From: a virus
Direction: 5' to 3' (one strand)
Virus record (IMG/VR): IMGVR_UViG_3300035703_000058
Location: 1-64,000 of that record
DNA: 64,000 nt
Shown: in pieces, positions 28,067-37,505 of the stretch
Position numbering within the stretch: the first letter of the stretch is position 1
Layout of the letters: every line of letters starts with the position of its first letter
Notes under the pieces: generated by a model
Databases searched by the model: none
Told to the model about the DNA's origin: nothing
Seen by the model: the letters and a program-made list of their open reading frames with translations, nothing else
Program-made: the position numbers and the translations under genes

Positions 28067-28455
28067 GCGGCGAAATGATGGCCACCCTACGCCGCTTTTG
28101 CAGCCTGCCACGCGCCCGCCTGCGGGCACGCGCGTACACATATGCGCAGGCAGGCACGCGCGGGCGCGACGATGCCCCGAAAGGCACGGGGCAACCTGCG
28201 ATGACGCCGCCCCAGCGCCAAGCCGTTGCCGACACCGACCCGGCGGTGCCCCGCGGCGCCCACGGGCTCGTCATCCACCACACCGCCACGGCGGGCCGCC
28301 ACGCCGTCGAGGTGGTGGTCGGCCCGCGGTTGTCCTGTGCCGCCATCGCCGCCAGCCCGGACGAGGCGCTGCGCGTGGCCGTCGCCCTGTCACAAAGCTT
28401 CGCGCCCGGCCACCCGGGCCTCGCTGAACTGCTCGCCCCTCGGAGGTCGCCATGA
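28063..28455 (+). CDS. hypothetical protein
   Basis: Coupled ORF; start uncertain. Confidence 0.4.
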   Translation: MSGEMMATLRRFCSLPRARLRARAYTYAQAGTRGRDDAPKGTGQPAMTPPQRQAVADTDPAVPRGAHGLVIHHTATAGRHAVEVVVGPRLSCAAIAASPDEALRVAVALSQSFAPGHPGLAELLAPRRSP

Positions 28456-29678
28456 CTGCTCCCCCCCGCTACGAGATGCGCGCTGCGGCTGTCGCCGCAA
28501 TCAAGCCGCGGTCATGCTTGGTGGTCTACCTCGTGCTGGTGGACCGGCTCGGCGACAACGCGACCTGCTGGCCCAAGGTCGGGTCCATCATGGCGGACAC
28601 CGGCTGTGCCGAGCGCACCGTGCAGGCCGCCCTTCGCGTGTTGGAGCAGACCGGCTGGATCGCGCAGGTCAAGGACAGCGACCGTCGGGCCAACGAGTAC
28701 AGCCTGCACATCGGGGGCGCCATCGAGCGCGTCACGAAGGCGAGGGACGCGCACGAGGTTGCACCCGATGGTGCAGCCGATTGCACCCCTGCTGAGGCGC
28801 AAGGGATTGCACCCATGGGTGCAGCCGATTGCGCCGATGGGTGCAATCCGTTGCGGCTTGGGGTGCAATCCGCTGCACCCGAACCTGTCCATGAACACCT
28901 ACAAGAACAAGAAATAACTCCAAAACGCGCCTGTGTGCCCACACACGCACACGAGGCCCCCTCGCAGCCCGCCCAACTCAGCCTCACGCCGGAGCCGCAA
29001 CCGGCACCCAAGCCGCAGCCCCAGTCGCAGCCCAAGCGACCGTCGAAGCCACAGCCCCCGAAGCCGGAGCCGCTGGACCCGGCGGTGTGGGATCGCTTCG
29101 CCGCGCTGGCCGTCGAGTCGGGCCAGGTCGGCAAGCTCCCGGAGCCCGGGGCGCAAAGCTACCAGAAGGGCAAGACCCGGGCCGACGTGCTGGCCGCGCT
29201 GGTGGCCGAGCACGGCGCCGAACGGGTGCTGGCGGTCTGGCGGCACACGCTGACCTCGCCGCGGAAGGACCCGACGTGGTGGCGAACGAACCGCGAAGGA
29301 CCCTCGCTGATCGGCGCATTCCTGGCCGGGGAAGCGTTTCAGAAGCTCGCCGACGACCTGGAGGCGGCCCAATCGCGGGTCGCCAAGCCCAAGCTCGTCT
29401 CGGTGCTCACCCTTGATGGCTTGCACCCGATCGACAAGCTCGTCGCGGTGATCCGCCAGTTCGGCGACGAGCCGCCCGCGGAGGAGGTCACCCGGGCCGC
29501 GTGCGGCACCGCCGAGCACTTCGCCGACGTGGTCGAGGCGGCGCGCTACGTCGGCCGCTGGGGCGGCGGCAGGGGCACCGTGCGGGCCGGGTGGTATCAA
29601 ATCTACCAGAACCCGAGTAGCGCGGCGGACTTTCGTAAGGATTGGGATCGCGCCCAGCCGATGCGGCAGGCCCAATGA
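28452..29678 (+). CDS. phage replication initiator (N-terminal wHTH)
   Basis: CWPKVGSIMADTGCAERTVQAALRVLEQTGWI; precedes DnaB. Confidence 0.8.
   Translation: MTAPPRYEMRAAAVAAIKPRSCLVVYLVLVDRLGDNATCWPKVGSIMADTGCAERTVQAALRVLEQTGWIAQVKDSDRRANEYSLHIGGAIERVTKARDAHEVAPDGAADCTPAEAQGIAPMGAADCADGCNPLRLGVQSAAPEPVHEHLQEQEITPKRACVPTHAHEAPSQPAQLSLTPEPQPAPKPQPQSQPKRPSKPQPPKPEPLDPAVWDRFAALAVESGQVGKLPEPGAQSYQKGKTRADVLAALVAEHGAERVLAVWRHTLTSPRKDPTWWRTNREGPSLIGAFLAGEAFQKLADDLEAAQSRVAKPKLVSVLTLDGLHPIDKLVAVIRQFGDEPPAEEVTRAACGTAEHFADVVEAARYVGRWGGGRGTVRAGWYQIYQNPSSAADFRKDWDRAQPMRQAQ
28759..28925. repeat. iteron-like cluster, candidate replication origin
   Basis: About 8 copies of (T/C)TGCACC(C) in both orientations, then an A-rich tract. 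Confidence 0.6.
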
Positions 29679-31186
29679 AGCCCCGCCGCGTCGTCACCCG
29701 GGCCCTGGAGACCCGCTCCTCTCCGCAGTCGCTCGAAGCCGAGCGCGCCGTGCTGGGCGGTTTGCTGTTGCTGGCGGGCGCCCCAACCGACCATGACCTC
29801 CTGCGTGAGCTGTGCGAGGGACTGCGCGCCGAGCACTTCTACAGCTCCGACCACGGACGCCTGTTCGCCCTCATCGCCGAACGCGCCAAGACCGCCGCGC
29901 CGCTCGACGTGCTGGGTCTCGCCGATCACATCATGACGACCGAGACCGCGGTGAACTTCGGTGGCCTCACCTATGCCACCTCGTTGCCCGAGCAGGTCCC
30001 CACCACCGAGAACCTGGACTACTACGCGGGCATCGTGCGCGAGAAGGCCGCGCGCCGCGAAGTGCTCGATCTGGCCAACGAACTGCGCGCAGGCGCTGTC
30101 GATGGCACCGAGCTGGAAATTATCCTCAGCCGCGCCAAGGTCGGGCTCGACAGCCTGGACGGTGCCGGCGGCGAGCGGGTGCGCCGCGATACCCCGGTGC
30201 TCGACACGGTGTCGCGGTTCATGACCCGCATCGACGAAGAGCAGTCGCAGCTCATCCACGGGGACGCCCGCGTCGTCACCTACGGCTTTGAGGCCCTGGA
30301 CAAGTTCGGCCCGCCGTTGCCCGGCGACCTCGTCATCATCGGCGGGCGGCCCGCGATGGGCAAGACCCAGCTCATGCTTCAGGCGCTGGTCCATATGGCC
30401 CAGCAGGGCAAGGAGATGGGCCTGCCCGGCGTGGTCTACGTGTGCTCGCTGGAGATGGGCGAACACCAGCTCATGGCCCGCATCATCAGCTCGCTCTCAG
30501 GCGTGCCCTACAAGAGCATCCTGAACCCACGGTTGCGGCTGACCGACGACCAATATCGCGCCGTCACCGAATGGGCCGATTGGCTCGCCACGCTGCCCAT
30601 CGTGGTCAACGATCAACCGGCCCGCACCATCGAGTCGGTGCGGGCGTCGGCCATCCGACTGCGCCGACGCCACGGCGGAATGCTCGCGATCGGCCTGGAC
30701 TACCTCCAGCTCGCAGGCACCGACGAAGACACCGAGACTCGCGCCCGTGAGGTCGCCTTCATCGCGCAGGGCGCCAAGGAGATCGCCAAGACGGTCCACT
30801 GCCCGTTCCTGCTCGCCGCCCAACTCAACCGCGGCGTCGAGGCTCGCGCCGACAAGCGCCCGTTCCTCTCAGACATCGGCGAGGGTGGGGGCATCGAAGC
30901 CGCCGCCGATCAGGTCGTGTTCCTCTACCGCGACGACTACTACCACGCCGACAGCCCCAACCCCGGCAAGGCCGAAGTCCTGTGCGCCAAGATGCGCAAC
31001 GGCGAGACCGGCAAGGGAATTCTGAACTTTGAGGATGGCGTTTTCAGCGACGTCATCGACTACACGGGAGAAGACTATGGACGTACACCTGACCCTGGAC
31101 GCCAACGGCAACGCCCACATCGGAGACGGCCTGCATCGCGTGGTCATCGACCGCCCCATCCTGGAGGCGCTGAAAACGATGATTGA
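29675..31186 (+). CDS. dnaB: replicative DnaB-like helicase
   Basis: AERAVLG, GRPAMGKT, SLEM, DYLQL, QLNR, IEAAAD. Confidence 0.95.
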   Translation: MKPRRVVTRALETRSSPQSLEAERAVLGGLLLLAGAPTDHDLLRELCEGLRAEHFYSSDHGRLFALIAERAKTAAPLDVLGLADHIMTTETAVNFGGLTYATSLPEQVPTTENLDYYAGIVREKAARREVLDLANELRAGAVDGTELEIILSRAKVGLDSLDGAGGERVRRDTPVLDTVSRFMTRIDEEQSQLIHGDARVVTYGFEALDKFGPPLPGDLVIIGGRPAMGKTQLMLQALVHMAQQGKEMGLPGVVYVCSLEMGEHQLMARIISSLSGVPYKSILNPRLRLTDDQYRAVTEWADWLATLPIVVNDQPARTIESVRASAIRLRRRHGGMLAIGLDYLQLAGTDEDTETRAREVAFIAQGAKEIAKTVHCPFLLAAQLNRGVEARADKRPFLSDIGEGGGIEAAADQVVFLYRDDYYHADSPNPGKAEVLCAKMRNGETGKGILNFEDGVFSDVIDYTGEDYGRTPDPGRQRQRPHRRRPASRGHRPPHPGGAENDD

Positions 31187-31283
31187 GCGCCACGCCGTCG
31201 GAGAGGTCGCCCGCGGCAGCGTCGAGGCCCGCCCGCTGATCTGCTACGCCGTCCCCGCGACGCCCGCATCGTGGCCGCAATGA
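31077..31283 (+). CDS. small protein, paralogue A
   Basis: GGAG RBS; paralogous to the next ORF. Confidence 0.6.
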   Translation: MDVHLTLDANGNAHIGDGLHRVVIDRPILEALKTMIERHAVGEVARGSVEARPLICYAVPATPASWPQ

Positions 31284-31305
31284 CATTCACGTACGGAGGT
31301 GACTT

Positions 31306-31533
31306 TTGACCGCAGCAATTACCCTGGACGCCAACGGCAACGCCATCATCAGCGATGGCCTCCACCGCATCGGCCTGGACGCTCCCGTCGTGGCCGCGCT
31401 CGCGGATCTGCTGTTGGAGCGCATAACCCAAACGGGCCGCCCTCCGTTCCGTGAAGTGCGCGCTGCCCAGGCCATTCTCGTGGTGCCGCTGGCGGCCGAG
31501 ACGACGGCGCACGAGGCGGTGTCCAACCCGTGA
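31306..31533 (+). CDS. small protein, paralogue B
   Basis: GGAGGT RBS, TTG start; TLDANGNA.I.DGLHR shared with paralogue A. Confidence 0.6.
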   Translation: MTAAITLDANGNAIISDGLHRIGLDAPVVAALADLLLERITQTGRPPFREVRAAQAILVVPLAAETTAHEAVSNP

Positions 31534-31543
31534 GGAGGCGTCC

Positions 31544-32536
31544 ATGAAGTCCACCCCCGAAGACCTTGTGTGTGCCGCCCACCGTCACGAGCAGTACGCC
31601 CAGCGCGCGCTCGGACTGGACGATGACGCGGTGCTCGGCCACGCGCCGATGCAGTTCCGCAACACCCGCACCCGCGCCGCCTACGTCGAGGGTCTGCGTT
31701 GTGCCCAGCGGTCGAAGCCCAGCGCGTCAGCAGCGGCGCACCTGGCGATGGCCGACGCGCTGTACTGGTGTCTCGCCAGGCGCTCGGTGGACATCTTGCG
31801 CCCGCGCCGTCGCAGCATCGCCTACGACTCAGCCGACGCCACGCAGGAGGGTCTGCTGTGGTTGGTGAAGGCGGCGCAGCGCTTTCAGCCCGGCATGGGC
31901 GCCTGGAAGCGTTACGCGATCTCATGGCTCATGGCGGCAGGCGTTCGCGGTCGCGCGGGCGGCTTGTCGTTGCACGATCGCGAGACGCTGGCGCGCCTGC
32001 AGCGGCTGCTGGCACACGGCGAGGCGGTCGGCCACCCACCCACCCGTCAGGAGCTGGCGCGCAGCATCGGGCGCCCCGTGGAGTTCGTGGACCGCCTCCT
32101 CAGCGCGGCGACACCCCTGGCGGTGGTCGACGAACACGAGCCGGACGCCACCGACGAAGACGAGAACGCCAGCCTCAACGTGGACCTCCTGTTGGCCCGC
32201 CTGACGCCGCGTGAGGCGTGGGCGCTCGCCCGTCGCTACGGCCTCTGGCACACCCGCGCGGTCTCGTGTCGCGTCATCGGCGCCGAGCTGGACATCGCCA
32301 CAGAGCGCGCGACGGAGCTGATACGCGACGCCGCCCAGCACGTCGCCGCCGCGGTGGCACCGACCCCGTGGGCCTTCGACCGGCGCGGTCTGCGCTGGGC
32401 GCTGCTGGCCCACACGGGCGCCTCCATCGGGCAGATCGCGAGCCGGGAGGGCGTTCCGGTCGGTCAGGTGGCGACGGCGGTCCGGTTGTGCCGCGACGAA
32501 GCGGGACTGCTCGACGCGACCTCGTGTGCAGCATGA
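31544..32536 (+). CDS. sigma-70-like factor 3 (probable late sigma) with extra C-terminal HTH
   Basis: QEGLLWLVKAAQRFQP...YAISW; PTRQELA; LTPRE...RRYGL; directly before the packaging genes. Confidence 0.8.
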   Translation: MKSTPEDLVCAAHRHEQYAQRALGLDDDAVLGHAPMQFRNTRTRAAYVEGLRCAQRSKPSASAAAHLAMADALYWCLARRSVDILRPRRRSIAYDSADATQEGLLWLVKAAQRFQPGMGAWKRYAISWLMAAGVRGRAGGLSLHDRETLARLQRLLAHGEAVGHPPTRQELARSIGRPVEFVDRLLSAATPLAVVDEHEPDATDEDENASLNVDLLLARLTPREAWALARRYGLWHTRAVSCRVIGAELDIATERATELIRDAAQHVAAAVAPTPWAFDRRGLRWALLAHTGASIGQIASREGVPVGQVATAVRLCRDEAGLLDATSCAA

Positions 32537-33372
32537 CTGAGGAAATTCTGCCCATTCCCTACCTGAGCCCCGGCGAGGCGGAGCTCTACCACGCCCTTGG
32601 CGACAAGGTGCGCGGCCGCGTCATCGCCGCGAGCCGCGCGGTCGCCGAAGGTATGTTGGGCTACAAGAAAGCCGGCCGCGTGTACGACGTCGCGGAGGTG
32701 ATCGGGCTCGTCCAGGCCATCGTCCAGCCGATCCGCAACCGCGAGCAACCGCCCCCGTGGCAGTCCGCGGTGCTGGAGCCGACCAGTCCACAGCAGTTCG
32801 TCCCCGCGGCGAACCTGCTGCCCGCCGTGGACACCATCGTCGAGTTGGACGTGGGCGGCGCCAAGACCCTCTCGGAGTTCGTCGCCGACGGCCGCCTGAC
32901 GGCGGCACAGGCCACGGCGGTGATGATGCTCGCGCTCGGCGAGCCGACCTATCAGGTGGCGGACAAGCTCCGCGTGCAGCGCACGGTGGTCTACGAATGG
33001 CGCCGCAAGCCCGCCTTCGTGGAAGCGTATGGGCTGGTCGTCCGCGAGCGCGCCGAAAGCCTCATGGCCAAGCTCGACGACGCGCAGACGCTGGCGCTGT
33101 CCACATTGGTCGAAGCCCTCCAGGCGACCACCATCGACCGCCTGGACAAAGAGGTGCCGGACTGGGATGCGCGCCTGAAGGCTGCAAAGGAACTGCTCGA
33201 CCGCGGTGGCCGTGCCCTCAAGACCAACCGCATGGTGGTCGCCGCGTCCGTGATGAAGGACGACATGAGCCTGGAGGACCGCATCGCCAAGCTCATGGAG
33301 GAGGAGCGCGAGCTTGAAGAGGACCTGCGCCGCCTGTCCACGCCGCTGACGGTCATCGAGGGCGGACGGTGA
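32533..33372 (+). CDS. probable terminase small subunit (HTH)
   Basis: QVADKLRVQRTVVYEWRRKPAF; RLKAAKELLDR; position before terL. Confidence 0.65.
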   Translation: MTEEILPIPYLSPGEAELYHALGDKVRGRVIAASRAVAEGMLGYKKAGRVYDVAEVIGLVQAIVQPIRNREQPPPWQSAVLEPTSPQQFVPAANLLPAVDTIVELDVGGAKTLSEFVADGRLTAAQATAVMMLALGEPTYQVADKLRVQRTVVYEWRRKPAFVEAYGLVVRERAESLMAKLDDAQTLALSTLVEALQATTIDRLDKEVPDWDARLKAAKELLDRGGRALKTNRMVVAASVMKDDMSLEDRIAKLMEEERELEEDLRRLSTPLTVIEGGR

Positions 33373-35006
33373 GAGCAGACGAAACCACCGCCGCGCTGCT
33401 GCGTCGCCACCGCGAGGTGGTGGAGCAGCGCGGTCGGCTGCAGTACCAGGCCGCCCGCCCCCACTGGGCTCGCAAGGTGCTGGAGGGCGGCCCCGGCAGC
33501 TACGCCGCCTTCGTCCGCTGGGCCTGGCACATCTTGGAGCCCGGCACGCTGCTCCGCTGGAACTGGCACATGGACGTGGTCTGCGACGCCATCCAGCGCC
33601 AGATCGAGGGCGACCCCACCTACCGGCGCCTGCTGCTCGTGCTCCCTCCCGGCACCGGCAAGTCCATCACTCTGGCGGGGTGTCGCGACCCCTACATGTG
33701 GCTCGCCCAGCCCTACCGCCGGACAATCTATTTGAGCGCCAATGATGGCAATGCCACGCGGGACAGCCGCCGGGCTCGCAACATCATCCAGTCACCTGAG
33801 TATCAGGAGCTGATGCGGGCGGCGGCTGAAAAGCACGGCATGGAGCCGTGGAAGTTGGCACACGACCAGAACGAAACGACAAACTTTGAGAACAGCCAGC
33901 GAGGGTTCAGGCAATGCTTGGGTATGGGATCCGACGTCACAGGCAAGCGCGGCGACGACCTTGTGATCGACGACCCGATGGACGCCAAGGAAGCCCTTCT
34001 CGGCACACCCGAAACGATCGAGCGAAGAATGAAGGAGGCGAGCGATATAATCGGCAGCGTGCTCACAAGTCGCGTTAACGACCAGGAAACCGCCTCTATC
34101 ACGATCATGATGCAGCGGCTTTACCCAAGCGACCCTGCCGGAATGGCGATTGCCGCTGGTGGCTGGAAGGTCATCGTGCTGCCGATGGAGTATGACCCTG
34201 ATCTGCCTGACGCCTGTGGTGGGCCGTGTGTGGAGGATCGGCGCCGCGTGAGGGGCGAGAGTCTCCACCCCGGCAAGTTTCCAGAGCATGTGATAGCCAG
34301 ACTGAAACAACCTCCGATCAACGGGCTCGGCCTCGTCCAGTTCGAGGGCCAGTACAACGCCAAGCCCAGCCAGAAGTCGTCCAAGCTCTACGACGCGGCG
34401 TGGTTCGCGAACACCTACCACCAAGCCCCGGCGGTGATGCGGCGGGAGATGGACCGGGTGGCGCTGGTCTGCGACGCGAGCTTCAAGAAGACCGGCACCT
34501 CCAACGTCGCGCTCGAAGTGTGGGGCAAGCGGCAGGGCCGCCTTTACCTGCTGCACGAGGTCTGCCGCAAGATGGGCTATCGGGAGACACGCGCCGAGAT
34601 CCGCCGTCTCGTTGGCGCCTGGAGCGTGGACGAGGTGGTGGTGGAGGACAAAGCCAACGGGTCGGCGCTTGTGGACGATCTCGGCAACAGCCACGAAGAC
34701 GAACACGAGCCACCGCTCGGCGTGCCGGTGGTGCCCTTCAACCCCGGCACCACCTCGAAGGTCGAACGTGAGGAGCTGTACAGCGTGCCCGCCTTCGCCG
34801 CCGGCAACGTGCTGTTGCCGGAGCCCCAGCACGCGCCCTGGGTCGGCGACTACGTGGCCGAGCACCTTGGCGGCACCATGAACGACCGCCGCGACACGAC
34901 CTCGATGGCGATCGCGTGGCTGCGTCGCGGCGAACGCGCCCGCGAATCCTCGGTGTTGGACCTGTTCGCCCACAGCCACAACGACGGCCTCATCGTGGGC
35001 TCCTGA
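33369..35006 (+). CDS. terL: terminase large subunit
   Basis: WNWH, PPGTGKS, TGKRGDDLVIDDP, MQRL, VEDKANG. Confidence 0.93.
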   Translation: MRADETTAALLRRHREVVEQRGRLQYQAARPHWARKVLEGGPGSYAAFVRWAWHILEPGTLLRWNWHMDVVCDAIQRQIEGDPTYRRLLLVLPPGTGKSITLAGCRDPYMWLAQPYRRTIYLSANDGNATRDSRRARNIIQSPEYQELMRAAAEKHGMEPWKLAHDQNETTNFENSQRGFRQCLGMGSDVTGKRGDDLVIDDPMDAKEALLGTPETIERRMKEASDIIGSVLTSRVNDQETASITIMMQRLYPSDPAGMAIAAGGWKVIVLPMEYDPDLPDACGGPCVEDRRRVRGESLHPGKFPEHVIARLKQPPINGLGLVQFEGQYNAKPSQKSSKLYDAAWFANTYHQAPAVMRREMDRVALVCDASFKKTGTSNVALEVWGKRQGRLYLLHEVCRKMGYRETRAEIRRLVGAWSVDEVVVEDKANGSALVDDLGNSHEDEHEPPLGVPVVPFNPGTTSKVEREELYSVPAFAAGNVLLPEPQHAPWVGDYVAEHLGGTMNDRRDTTSMAIAWLRRGERARESSVLDLFAHSHNDGLIVGS

Positions 35007-35009
35007 CCC

Positions 35010-35019
35010 CGCGATAGCC
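35010..35019 (+). promoter_or_regulatory. late-promoter motif before the portal gene
   Basis: CGCGATAGCC; T of TAG is 13 nt before the ATG. Confidence 0.55.
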
Positions 35020-35027
35020 AGCAGGAC

Positions 35028-37505
35028 ATGGCCAGCTTCCGTCAGCACCTCGCCGCCGGTCTTCGGGCGGCCCTACAAGGCCCGCCCCCGGCCGCCACCC
35101 CGCCGCCCGCAGCGCGCGCCGACACGCTCGGCGCGATCAGCCCGACGTCGGCGGCGGCGCTGATCAACCCGATCAGCGGCATCGGCTCCGCGGACGACTC
35201 CGGCGCCGCCAGCCGCCCGAATCTCTCCCGCGAACGCCTGAGCATGGACGAGCTGGTGGCGCTGCTCCGGGGCAGCCTCTACCGGCGTATATGCGACGTG
35301 ATCCCGTCTGATGCCATGCGGCGCGGCCTCATCGTCACCGATGACACCCGCCGGTCCAATCCGCTGCAGGTTGAGCTGGAGCAGTTCGATGTGGCGGCGA
35401 CGCTCCGACGGGCCGCCACCTTGGGCCGCGCGCTCGGCACCGCCTGGATCTGGCCCGTAGTCGAGGATGGCGGCGCCCCGCTGTCGGAGCCGCTGGACAT
35501 GCAGCGCGTCACCCGCCTCTACGCGCTGCACGTCCTGGATCCGCGCGACCTGACCGTGTGGACCTGGAGCCGCAACCTGCGCGAGCCCGGCGCGGGCCAG
35601 CCGTTGCTCTACACGTTGCAGCCTTGCCGCCCTGAGCTGTACGTGCCCCCCAACACGCTCATCCACCGCAGCCGCCTCATAGCCTTCTGGGGGGATGAAC
35701 TACCCCCATCAGAGCAACTCTACGGGAACGAGTCGCCGCTGGGCGACGCCATTGGTCAGACGATGTGGGATGGGCTACGCAACCTCACGCAGACCAGCGC
35801 GGCGGGCGCCCGGTTGGCTGAGGAGCTGTCCATCGCGGTGTTCTATCTGGCGAAGATGCCGGAGAAGGACGCCGCGGGCGGGCGCGACCTGCTGCGCACG
35901 GCCCTGAACAACATCATGCGCTACAAGTCCATCGCCCACGGTCTTGTGCTCGGCACGGGCGACAAGGCCGAGCGGCTGGGCGCCAACGCTTCGGGCTTTG
36001 ACACGCTCACCGAGGCGGGCTGGGAGGTCCTGCAGTCCCTCTCCGGGGTGCCGGCGGCGCGCCTGCGCGGCGTCGCCCCGAGCGGGCTGTCCACCGACGG
36101 CGCGAGCTGGCAGCAGAGCTACTACAGCGACGTGGACGCATGGGCTTCGGAGCGTTTGCAGCCCGCCGCCCGGCAGATCGTCCGCCTGCTGTACAGGCAC
36201 CGCGGACAGGAGCCCGCCTCCTGGCACGTCGGCTTTGGCCCGTTCTACCACCTGTCGATGCAGGAGCAGGCGCAGCTACGCCTGCTCACCGCCCAACACG
36301 ACCAGCTCGCCGAACAGGCCGGCTGGGTGACCGGCGAGCAGATCCGCCGCTCCCGCTACGGCGACGGCGGCTGGTCCTTCGAGATCCAGCCGGCCACCGA
36401 CGGGGACGAGGCACGGCTCACCGGCGCCGTTGACCCGGAAGAGGCCGAAAAGACGCTTGCCGATCTGACGGGGGCGCCGCCGGACCCGCTGACCGCCGAG
36501 CAGGTCAAGCTGGTACAGGAGGTGCTGGGCAACGTCAGCGCCGGCAAGGTCACCACCGAGGTGGGTCGCCTGCTCCTGGAGGGCGTGGTTGGCGCCACGC
36601 GCGCCGCCGCCCTCATCGGCGCACAGGGCGCCGCCACCACAGTCGACGCCCCAGACCTCACCGCCCAACGCACCCTGGCCGCCTCGATGACCGCCCACGG
36701 GGTCGAACGCTGCGAGCACGGCGCCGTGAACCGCTGCCGGATCTGCGGCATCGAGCGCGATCGGGCGCTCGTACTGGGCGCCGATGGCCAACCCACCCGC
36801 GACGCCGAGGGCCGCCCGGTGTGGGCGGTGCGCTGGCGGGCGCTGGGCGACCCCGATCCAACCCCGGACGCGACCACCACCGAGCCCCGACAGGACGCCG
36901 ACTTCGGCGGCAAGGCCCTGCTGTCGCTCACGCTGGGCGAGACGGGGCGCGCCGCTTGGGCAGAGCTGGCGCGTCGGGCAACCGACATCACCGGCCCCCT
37001 GGAGGGCTACGAGGTCGGCGAGAACGGCATCGCCGAGCCCCCACACGTCACGGTGCTCTACCTTGGCGCCGTCGCCGACGAACACCTCGCGGAGATCGAA
37101 CGCAGAGCGACCGCGGTCGTCGCCGACTTCGGCCCCATCGCGCTCCGGGCGAGCAGGATCGGCACGTTGCCCCCCGGGCCAGCCAGCGAGGGACGGGTGC
37201 CGGTGGTCGCCGAGATCCGAGCGTGGGAGCTGCCCGAGCTGAACGACCGCCTGCTGCGCGCGCTCGCGCCGTTCGTGACCGCGGATCAGTTCGCGCGCTT
37301 CCGGCCCCACGTCACGCTCGGCTTTGCCACCAACCCTACGCCCGAGCAGGTGGCCGCGCTGACGGAGATCCTGCCCGACACAGGGCCGACCGACATGATG
37401 TCGCTGGGCAGCGTCGCCGCGCTGGACCTCCACCACGGCAATCGGGTGGTGGCGCGGTTGCCCCTGCGCGGCACCCGGGCAGACGCCGATGCTGCTGAGC
37501 CCTGA
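35028..37505 (+). CDS. portal protein (DUF1073-like) fused to a C-terminal 2H phosphoesterase (Acb1-like)
   Basis: IHRSRL, GVP..RL.G..P.GL...G and YY portal motifs; two HVT motifs in the last ~190 aa. Confidence 0.85.
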   Translation: MASFRQHLAAGLRAALQGPPPAATPPPAARADTLGAISPTSAAALINPISGIGSADDSGAASRPNLSRERLSMDELVALLRGSLYRRICDVIPSDAMRRGLIVTDDTRRSNPLQVELEQFDVAATLRRAATLGRALGTAWIWPVVEDGGAPLSEPLDMQRVTRLYALHVLDPRDLTVWTWSRNLREPGAGQPLLYTLQPCRPELYVPPNTLIHRSRLIAFWGDELPPSEQLYGNESPLGDAIGQTMWDGLRNLTQTSAAGARLAEELSIAVFYLAKMPEKDAAGGRDLLRTALNNIMRYKSIAHGLVLGTGDKAERLGANASGFDTLTEAGWEVLQSLSGVPAARLRGVAPSGLSTDGASWQQSYYSDVDAWASERLQPAARQIVRLLYRHRGQEPASWHVGFGPFYHLSMQEQAQLRLLTAQHDQLAEQAGWVTGEQIRRSRYGDGGWSFEIQPATDGDEARLTGAVDPEEAEKTLADLTGAPPDPLTAEQVKLVQEVLGNVSAGKVTTEVGRLLLEGVVGATRAAALIGAQGAATTVDAPDLTAQRTLAASMTAHGVERCEHGAVNRCRICGIERDRALVLGADGQPTRDAEGRPVWAVRWRALGDPDPTPDATTTEPRQDADFGGKALLSLTLGETGRAAWAELARRATDITGPLEGYEVGENGIAEPPHVTVLYLGAVADEHLAEIERRATAVVADFGPIALRASRIGTLPPGPASEGRVPVVAEIRAWELPELNDRLLRALAPFVTADQFARFRPHVTLGFATNPTPEQVAALTEILPDTGPTDMMSLGSVAALDLHHGNRVVARLPLRGTRADADAAEP

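Noticed and set aside
34290-34298. GTGATAGCC inside terL as a late promoter
   Set aside because: Only a partial match and no gene start nearby
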